Origin: an uncultured Deinococcales bacterium
Lineage (GTDB): Bacteria; Deinococcota; Deinococci; Deinococcales; JAAFIG01
Assembly (NCBI GenBank): GCA_964247135.1
Contig: CAXTTL010000129.1
Location: forward strand, 1 to 13,963
Direction of reading: 5' to 3'
DNA length: 13,963 nt
Positions 7,631 to 13,963 of the stretch are shown in pieces. The notes beneath the pieces were generated by a model, which did not search any database, was not told the origin of the DNA, and worked only from the letters and a program-made list of their open reading frames with translations. How positions within the stretch are numbered: position 1 is the first letter of the stretch; every line of letters begins with the position of its first letter. A program made the position numbers and the translations under genes.

Positions 7631-8739
7631 TTCAGTCCATCAATCGCTTTTGTGGCAATGGCACTGTCATCAAACAAAGACCGTCGCGAGCTGTCATCGT
7701 CGGTCCAACCTGGGGCGTTTAACCATTTGCTGCTTTGCGACCAGTGCGCACCCCAGTAAAAAATCCCACTGCCGCCAGCATTGACCACCACGGGTTTTAA
7801 TGCCTTCAGGTAATCGTATTGTCCTTGGGGCGTTTGAGGGTAGGGCAAGCCCGTGTAACCTTTTTGGTTGGTTGACCAGTAATACGCGGTTTCGACCACG
7901 TAAACTTTCGCCCAGTTAAAACTCGAGCGCAAACTGGAAATGGTGCCGCTCAGGTTGCTGAAGTTGCCGTGCCACATTGGGTAGTACGACAAGCCAATCG
8001 TGTCGATCCAACCGCCCGCGTTTTTATACGCCTGATACCATGCCACGGTTTGGGCGGCGTTGCCCGTTTTGGCAATATGTACCATGATGGCAGGCATCGA
8101 TGCCGTACCGCCACTGGCGTCGCGCACGGCGTGCGCGCCAGCGTTGGTCAGTTGCACAAAATTTGCCATGTTGCTCGAGCGCCCAATTTCCCAGAGCATT
8201 CCGCCGTTGATCTCATTGCCAATTTGCACCATCGCGGGCGGCGAGCCTTGGTTTCTCAGTTGTGTCATGACATCTTTGGTGTAATTGTAAATCGAGGTTG
8301 TGAGTGTCGCCAGGTTTTGTCCCGACCACCGCGCTGGAATCCATTGGTTGCCAGGGTCAGCCCACCAGTGCGAGTAATGAAAGTCAAGCAAGATTTTGAG
8401 ACCACGGTTTTTGGCGTCCAGCGCCATCGCCTTGACGTAAGCCAAATCTTGATTGAGCGCATAATTGCCGTCGGGATCAACCATAATCCGCAACCGAACC
8501 CAGTTGAACGAATGGTCCTTAAAAATTTGCAGCGCGGGTTTGACTGTGCCGTTGGTGTCCTTAAACGCGACGCCTTTTGACTCTGCGGCTCGAGCTTCGG
8601 AGGCGTCAAAACCTTTGATGAACTCGGTGGGGATCACCGATTTGCTTTCAATCACAGGATCGTTGGCAGGTTGATTGTTGCACGAAACCAGTGCAACCAC
8701 GACGAGAAGGGCGTGGAGTGGAAAACCAAATTTTGCCAT
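7627..8739 (-). CDS. Endo-beta-1,4-galactanase, GH53, probable lipoprotein
   Basis: FIKGFDAS, NWVRLRI, LDFHYSHWWADPGNQ, VQIGNE (acid/base), IGLSYYP, VVETAY (nucleophile), TPQGQ and GIFYW; lipobox LVSC; SD AGGAGG at 8744-8749. Confidence 0.93.
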   Translation of the reverse strand: MAKFGFPLHALLVVVALVSCNNQPANDPVIESKSVIPTEFIKGFDASEARAAESKGVAFKDTNGTVKPALQIFKDHSFNWVRLRIMVDPDGNYALNQDLAYVKAMALDAKNRGLKILLDFHYSHWWADPGNQWIPARWSGQNLATLTTSIYNYTKDVMTQLRNQGSPPAMVQIGNEINGGMLWEIGRSSNMANFVQLTNAGAHAVRDASGGTASMPAIMVHIAKTGNAAQTVAWYQAYKNAGGWIDTIGLSYYPMWHGNFSNLSGTISSLRSSFNWAKVYVVETAYYWSTNQKGYTGLPYPQTPQGQYDYLKALKPVVVNAGGSGIFYWGAHWSQSSKWLNAPGWTDDDSSRRSLFDDSAIATKAIDGLN

Positions 8740-8754
8740 ACTGCCTCCTAAAAC

Positions 8755-10977
8755 TTACCGAACTGAGGAGCTGAGTTCGAGGATTTGGTTTGTTTCAAGT
8801 GCAAGACTTTGCAGCACCAACACGGGAGTCTCGAGCCTGCCGGTGGTTGCGCGGATTCGGATTGTGCCGGCAATGTTGGTGGCTTTGACAAACACCGAAA
8901 CCCGTCCGCCGATCAATGCCACAGGGTTTGGTCCAATGATTTTGGCGGGACCTGAAACCTCGAGTTTGACGACATCGAACGCAAAAGGTTGGATGTTGCC
9001 GTATTGATCTGTGGCTTGCAAACTGAGACGCGTCATGTCCGCACCGTCGGCGTTGATTTCAGTGTCATCAAGTTGCGCCTCGAGTTTGACTGGTACACCA
9101 TCGGCGGCAACTTTTTTGCTGGCAACCAGCGAGCCATTGATATACCCACGCACCTCGAGTTCACCAAAATGTTCGCCCCAACCGCCAGGAATGTGATCCA
9201 TGACAAACGGTGGGTTGGGCAGGTGCGAAAAGCGTTCTGAACGTCTCGCGGCTCCAAGGTTGACGCCATCAAGGAGCACAACAACGCGGTCACAATTGCT
9301 GCAAATCCAGAGCGGCGAAATTCGACCCTCGTCCAGATCGCCGCGCGTCCAGTAGGTCATCGGCTCGAGCACCACGCGTTTTGACGGCTCGAGTTGGGAG
9401 GCGTACAGTGCAGCAACAAGTTTGGGTTGCCTGAAAATGTCCATCACGCCGTGATAGCAGATGCGGTCGCCACTGCCAAATTGAGCGTGGGTGTTGTAAT
9501 CAAAAGCCGACCAGCCGATACCGCCCGCAATCGGCAACGCATAAATTTGGTTTAAAACATGCGCGTGATGCAGCATGTGTTTGACCACCCGTTCTTCTTG
9601 ATCAAAAGTTTTGGTCGGGTACATGTGACCAGCGTATTCGGTGACCAAATACTTCTTGGCATCGGGTGTCCCAAGGTCGTATTTGAAGTCGTTCATGGTG
9701 TAGACATCCTCGAGCAATTCACTGCCATGAAAACAGCGAATACCACCCGTGACACGGCTCGGGTCGAGTTCGTGCGCGAGTTGATTCGTGGCGCTGTAAA
9801 AATCGTGATGGTCGGGCGATTCGTTGATGCGCACACCCCACATGATGATGCTCGGATGGTTGCGGTCGCGGTCGATCATGGCGGTTAACTCGAGCTTGGA
9901 CACTTCTTGCCAAGCCGCGTCGCCAATGTGCTGCCAGCCTGGAATTTCCTCGAGCACCAACAAACCAATTTTGTCGCAATGGTCTAAAAAATGTGGCGAT
10001 TGCGGGTAATGGCTGGTGCGGACAATGTTGCAGCCCAGGTCAAATTTGATGATCTCGGCATCTTTGCGTTGCAACCGCGCTGTGGCTGCCATGCCGATGT
10101 ACGGGAAGCTCTGGTGACGGTTCAAACCACGAAGTTTTAAAGCCTTGCCGTTGAGGTAAAACCCGCCATCTTCACGAAATTCGGCGCTGCGAAAACCAAT
10201 TTGCGTGCCCAGCACATCACCGTTGTCAAGCCGCACCTCGAGCCTGTACAACTTTGGTTGCTCGAGTTCCCAAAGTGCCACCTGAAGGTGTTGAAATTGA
10301 AAAAAGGCTGCGGTTTCAGATTCAGGCTCGAGGTTGATTTGAATTTCTTGCGAGGCAATTAAATTTTCTTCATCCCAAAGATTTGCTTGTGCCGTCATCC
10401 TGACTGGCGTTTGGTTGGTGTTTAAGACTCGAGCCTGGACTTTCAGGGTTTTTTCGGGTTCTAAAATTTGGCTGGTCAAGGTTGCAATGTTTTCGACAAA
10501 CACGGTGTCAGTCAAACGCAAATGTACATCGCGGTAAATGCCGCCAAAGCACAAGTAATCGACCAGACCACCGAAGGGCGGAATGTCGGCGCGTTCGGTG
10601 GAATCCACGCGTACAGATACCAAATTTGTTTCTCCAAAACGCACAAACCCCGTGATGTCCCTCGAGAATGGCGTGAACCCGCCACGGTGTTCATTGCCAA
10701 CCGCCACGCCATTGACAAAGACTTGCGCGGCAATCATCACACCATCAAAATCAATAAAAACACGTTTCCCTCGAGCCTCAAAAGGAATCACGATTTCGCG
10801 CCTGTACCAACTGACAAAACAATACTCACATTCCGAAAAATTGTTGTGCGGCAAAACCATGTTGTTGTGCGGCAAAGAAATCCGTTTAAACTCGAGTTTT
10901 GAACCTGGGAATTGCGCCAAAGCTTCGTCGTACTGAATAAATTGCCAGTTGGTGTTGATGTTTAAAACTTGACGCAT
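8755..10977 (-). CDS. Beta-galactosidase, GH2 family
   Basis: LPHN, FDGVM, DYLCFGGIYRDV, LRGLNRHQ, RTSHYPQ, DRNHPSIIMWGVRINE (acid/base), LVTEY (nucleophile) and FDYNTH; SD-like GAGGT upstream of 10977. Confidence 0.93.
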   Translation of the reverse strand: MRQVLNINTNWQFIQYDEALAQFPGSKLEFKRISLPHNNMVLPHNNFSECEYCFVSWYRREIVIPFEARGKRVFIDFDGVMIAAQVFVNGVAVGNEHRGGFTPFSRDITGFVRFGETNLVSVRVDSTERADIPPFGGLVDYLCFGGIYRDVHLRLTDTVFVENIATLTSQILEPEKTLKVQARVLNTNQTPVRMTAQANLWDEENLIASQEIQINLEPESETAAFFQFQHLQVALWELEQPKLYRLEVRLDNGDVLGTQIGFRSAEFREDGGFYLNGKALKLRGLNRHQSFPYIGMAATARLQRKDAEIIKFDLGCNIVRTSHYPQSPHFLDHCDKIGLLVLEEIPGWQHIGDAAWQEVSKLELTAMIDRDRNHPSIIMWGVRINESPDHHDFYSATNQLAHELDPSRVTGGIRCFHGSELLEDVYTMNDFKYDLGTPDAKKYLVTEYAGHMYPTKTFDQEERVVKHMLHHAHVLNQIYALPIAGGIGWSAFDYNTHAQFGSGDRICYHGVMDIFRQPKLVAALYASQLEPSKRVVLEPMTYWTRGDLDEGRISPLWICSNCDRVVVLLDGVNLGAARRSERFSHLPNPPFVMDHIPGGWGEHFGELEVRGYINGSLVASKKVAADGVPVKLEAQLDDTEINADGADMTRLSLQATDQYGNIQPFAFDVVKLEVSGPAKIIGPNPVALIGGRVSVFVKATNIAGTIRIRATTGRLETPVLVLQSLALETNQILELSSSVR

Positions 10978-11045
10978 TCAAATGACCTCTTCTGAATTTG
11001 ATTGACTCGAGAAAACTTGATGTTGTGTTGCTCGAGAATTCCCCA

Positions 11046-11087
11046 CCCTCATCCCCGACCCTTACTCCCGCCAGCGGGACAAGGGAG
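11046..11087. repeat. Short GC-rich REP-like intergenic element with hairpin
   Basis: ccctcatccccgacccttactcccgccagcgggacaagggag resembles the widespread CCCTCACCCC..CCCTCTCCC..GGGAGAGGG short dispersed repeats; ccctt/aaggg and tcccg/cggga can pair. Only one copy in the window. Confidence 0.55.
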
Positions 11088-11126
11088 TTTGGTTCTTCTA
11101 CACGTGTGGCTCGAGATTCTTGTTTT

Positions 11127-13841
11127 TTAGCCTTTGACGCTGCCGCTTGCCAAGCCAGAGACAAAAACTTTTTGAAAGCTGTAAAACAAAATCACGATTG
11201 GCAGTGCGCCGAGCACGGCGGCGGCGGCGAACGGTCCGTAAGAAACGGTGAATTGTCCTGCGGTGAATGATCGCAAACCGACACCGACGTTCCAATTTTC
11301 GGCTCCGGTCACAATCACGTTGGCGAGGAAAAATTCGGTGTACGTGCCAATAAATTGCAACAAGAAAATGAACACCAGGGCGGGGGCAGAAAGCGGCAAA
11401 ATAATGCGCAAGAAGGCTTGCCAACGGGTGCAACCGTCCACCAGCGCAGCTTCGTCGAGGCTGGCGGGCAGGGTTTCGACGTATCCCTTAAAGACCCAGA
11501 TGCCGAACGAAATCACGCCGCCCGAGTACGCCAGAATCAAGCCCGAGAAGGTGTTGACCAGACCCAAGTAATTGATTAAAGAATAGGTGGCGACCAGACC
11601 GAGCAAACCTGGGAACATCTGCAAGAAAATGATGGTTTGCAAAAATCCCATGCGACCAAAAAACCGCAGTCGCGCGAGCGCATAACCGGCAATGGTGGTC
11701 ACAATCATGGTGATCAAACCTGTGCTGCCCGAGATCAGCAAGGTGTTGCGAATCCAGAGCAAGAATTTGGAACTTGGGTTGGCGCTGGTAAATTGCGCGG
11801 GTGAAAGTGACAAGATCAAGGCTGCCACACCAAGCAACGTGACCCAGGCAGCGATTCTCGAGCGTGATTCTGCTGCTCGGGTTGGATTTTGTGAAACCAA
11901 GAATTGGTTGAATAGCCAAAATAGTGCGCTCAGCACGACCAAACCCAGTCCAAGCAGTTGCCAGGACGGGATCACCACGCCGTCGAGCAGTTTGGCGTAA
12001 TTGCTGAAATCCAGCCCCTCAAGCGAAGGGATGACTCGAGCGCGGGTCAACAGGGGTTCGGCGCTGGTGCCCAGCGAGGCTTGGGTCAAACGGTTTAAGG
12101 GGTCAAACGAGGCGGAGAGCACATAGATGATCGGGTAAATCGTGCCGAGGATCACCAGCCAGAAAAACCCGTGCGTCAGTTGCGTCGAGAGGATGTTGAC
12201 ATAGCTGACTCGAGAATTTTTACGGAGTGCAATACGGTGGGTAATGTAGGCAATGCCTGCGACCACGGCAATCACGGCGAGTAAACCAAGCAAGACCATT
12301 TCGGGTCCACTGACGGGGTACAAAATGGCGAACGATTTTGGTTTGAGGCTGCCTGCCAGTCCAAGACCAGCCCAGACCAGCGTGCCAACAAAGGCGGTGA
12401 GGGCAATCCAACCGAGCCAAGTGCCGATTCTTGGAAACCTCGAGGCTCGGGTAAAAATGGGTTTGTCGTCGCTGACGGAGGTGTCTTTGAACACGCCAGA
12501 AAATTGAAAGTTAAACAAGGAAATCGAAACCGTGATGATCCCGACCACCACGGCAATGGCGCTGGCGAGTCCATAATTTTGTCCTGTGCCGGATTGAAAG
12601 GCGGTCTTGTAACCCCAGGACAGCAAAATATCGGTGCTTTGCGCATTGGGAAGGCGTCCTTCCTCGACTGGACCGCCGGCGGTCAGTAGGTAAATCAAAT
12701 TGATGTTGTTAAAACTGGCGGCAAAGCTCGAGAGCACAATTGGCGTGAACGGCATTTGAATCAGTGGCAGGGTGATGAAGCGGAATCGTTGCCAGGGGGT
12801 TGCGCCGTCCACCTCGGCGGCTTCGTAGAGTTCCTCTGGAATGGTGGTCAGTGCGCCCAGGGTGGCGGTCATGAAGAACGGAAAACTGAGCCACAAGTTG
12901 ACCAGCAAAATCGCGGCTTTTGCCCAGAGTGGGTGATCCAACCACGGCGCGGGCAGAAAACCGAACAAGCCCAGCAAGCGATTCATCGCGCCAAAGTTGG
13001 TGTTGAAGAGGGTTTGCCACATCTGAATTGAAATCACCGCCGGAATCGCCCAGGGCAGGAATAAAATCGAGCGGTAGACATTGCGAAACCGCAGGCGTTT
13101 GTTATGGAGCAATACCCCGAGCGTCACGCCAGCGAACACGTTAAAAATGGTGGTGAACAGCGCAAAAAAAACATTCCAACCCAGCACTGGCGCGAGTTCG
13201 CGTCTGACGTTGGCAAAAATGGTTCTAAAATTTTCAAAACCAATCCAGTTGACCACACTCATGCGCCTGAGCAAACTGGGTTCAAAACCCGCTGGTAAAT
13301 TGTCTTGAAAAATAATTTCCAAACCGGAGGCTCGAGCCACGGTGAAGGTCGCCCCGACCTGGGTGGCTTGAGTCGCGTCGCGCAACTCGAGTTTTTCGCC
13401 GGCGCAATCGCTGGCGGCGCAGTGCAGACGGTTTAAATCTGTGGCATCGAGCACCAGAACCGAATTGCCCGAAGCGCGTTTGATTTGCAGTTGGGTCGAA
13501 CTGTCGGGGCGTCCAGAATTGACGGCAGAATAATTGGTGAAGGCAAAATAGAGCGTCATGGCGAGGGGGTAACAGGTAAAGCCAATCAAAAAAACGGCGG
13601 CGGGCAAAAGGTAAATCCAATTTTGCAAAACCTTGATTTGTTTTTGCAGCACCAGCAAAACAGCCGCCACCACCAGCACGGCGATCAACAAAAAAGCCCA
13701 ACGCGGCAAACTCGGGATCGCGTTCTCGAGCAGCACAAAGGTTGTGACGCCCAGAATTCCTGCGGCGAGCACGCTCGAGATCAACATGAAAGCGCTCGAG
13801 ATGATATTTTCGGGATTGGGTTTGCGTTGTTTGACAATCAT
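11127..13841 (-). CDS. Fused sugar ABC transporter permease (MalF-like + MalG-like; probable galacto-oligosaccharide importer)
   Basis: One uninterrupted 904-aa ORF with two EAA loops (ELYEAAEVDGATPWQRFRFITLP and SLDEAALVDGCTRWQAFLRIILP), MalF motifs AFTNY, LPWAIP and TDILLSWGY, and MalG motifs LQMFP and FVSGLASGSVKG. Confidence 0.92.
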   Translation of the reverse strand: MIVKQRKPNPENIISSAFMLISSVLAAGILGVTTFVLLENAIPSLPRWAFLLIAVLVVAAVLLVLQKQIKVLQNWIYLLPAAVFLIGFTCYPLAMTLYFAFTNYSAVNSGRPDSSTQLQIKRASGNSVLVLDATDLNRLHCAASDCAGEKLELRDATQATQVGATFTVARASGLEIIFQDNLPAGFEPSLLRRMSVVNWIGFENFRTIFANVRRELAPVLGWNVFFALFTTIFNVFAGVTLGVLLHNKRLRFRNVYRSILFLPWAIPAVISIQMWQTLFNTNFGAMNRLLGLFGFLPAPWLDHPLWAKAAILLVNLWLSFPFFMTATLGALTTIPEELYEAAEVDGATPWQRFRFITLPLIQMPFTPIVLSSFAASFNNINLIYLLTAGGPVEEGRLPNAQSTDILLSWGYKTAFQSGTGQNYGLASAIAVVVGIITVSISLFNFQFSGVFKDTSVSDDKPIFTRASRFPRIGTWLGWIALTAFVGTLVWAGLGLAGSLKPKSFAILYPVSGPEMVLLGLLAVIAVVAGIAYITHRIALRKNSRVSYVNILSTQLTHGFFWLVILGTIYPIIYVLSASFDPLNRLTQASLGTSAEPLLTRARVIPSLEGLDFSNYAKLLDGVVIPSWQLLGLGLVVLSALFWLFNQFLVSQNPTRAAESRSRIAAWVTLLGVAALILSLSPAQFTSANPSSKFLLWIRNTLLISGSTGLITMIVTTIAGYALARLRFFGRMGFLQTIIFLQMFPGLLGLVATYSLINYLGLVNTFSGLILAYSGGVISFGIWVFKGYVETLPASLDEAALVDGCTRWQAFLRIILPLSAPALVFIFLLQFIGTYTEFFLANVIVTGAENWNVGVGLRSFTAGQFTVSYGPFAAAAVLGALPIVILFYSFQKVFVSGLASGSVKG

Positions 13842-13882
13842 CTGGCGTCTCTTTCAAAAGTGTGGCTCGAGCGTTTATCTTG

Positions 13883-13914
13883 ACCGTGATGGGAAGAGGA
13901 GTTCCCATCACGGT
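13883..13914 (-). terminator. Perfect 13-bp stem-loop between the solute-binding gene and the permease (mRNA-stabilising or partial terminator)
   Basis: accgtgatgggaa-gaggag-ttcccatcacggt, beginning 12 nt after the upstream stop; no strong U-tract on the minus strand. Confidence 0.7.
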
Positions 13915-13926
13915 TGAGGCAATGGA

Positions 13927-13963
13927 TTACTTGGCTTTGATTTGGGTCACGGCTTTGGTCAGA
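13927..13963 (-). CDS. C-terminus of a probable ABC sugar-binding protein (MalE/GanS-like, partial)
   Basis: Minus strand reads LTKAVTQIKAK-stop, resembling the terminal helix of MalE-family proteins; it sits immediately upstream of the permease. Confidence 0.6.
   Translation of the reverse strand, partial: LTKAVTQIKAK

Larger units (their letters stand above)
13..13871. repeat. Highly iterated palindrome CTCGAG (about 96 dispersed copies)
   Basis: Hand count of about 96 exact copies in 13,963 bp versus about 4 expected from base composition; found in genes in all three frames and in intergenic DNA. Confidence 0.95.

Noticed and set aside
7969-8580. 203-aa + strand ORF, and the similar 209-aa ORF at 13282-13911
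   Set aside because: Both overlap confident genes (antisense or alternate frame) and have no recognisable motifs.
8958-9090. cctcgagtttgac repeated twice in GH2
   Set aside because: A by-product of the abundant CTCGAG core in K-L-E codons.
10841-10876. 15-bp direct repeat ttgttgtgcggcaaa at 21-nt spacing
   Set aside because: Encodes LPHNN twice within the GH2 N-terminal LPH..LP motif region; explained by coding, with only two copies.
1-13963. CRISPR array or regular periodicity of CTCGAG
   Set aside because: Spacing is irregular (about 20 to 700 bp), flanks are not conserved, there is no repeat-spacer structure and no cas gene.
1-13963. CTCGAG as cloning or synthetic XhoI artefact
   Set aside because: Sites sit inside intact, conserved reading frames in all three phases without breaking protein continuity, and there is no vector sequence.
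1-13963. tRNA, rRNA, riboswitch or IS element
   Set aside because: Intergenic gaps are under 150 bp and show no cloverleaf or aptamer I recognise; no transposase or integrase ORF and no terminal inverted repeats.

Overview
Bacterial chromosomal window, about 53% GC by eye, most likely from Deinococcota (Deinococcus/Meiothermus-like). That assignment is inferred from six genes with a -10 box 6-8 nt before the ATG (leaderless architecture), an RlmD-family protein lacking Fe-S cysteines, and the style of the tdk and ABC permease proteins. Gene order: 3' end of a probable rsmA/ksgA (+), AlkZ-like HTH_42 glycosylase (+), a degenerate second copy of the upstream gene's 3' end, an addiction-module antitoxin with a ParE/RelE toxin (+), tdk (-), RlmD/TrmA m5U methyltransferase (-), DUF1996 lipoprotein (-), GlcF-like Fe-S protein coupled to an MBL-fold hydrolase (+), then a beta-1,4-galactan locus on the - strand: solute-binding protein C-terminus, a fused MalF-MalG-type permease, GH2 beta-galactosidase and a GH53 endo-galactanase lipoprotein. 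The strongest non-genic signal is the palindrome CTCGAG. I counted about 96 copies by hand (about 1 per 145 bp, against about 4 expected), in all three reading frames and in intergenic DNA, like a cyanobacterial HIP1-type highly iterated palindrome. The second signal is a 48-bp direct repeat (42/48 identical) that brackets the alkZ-like gene like an integration scar.
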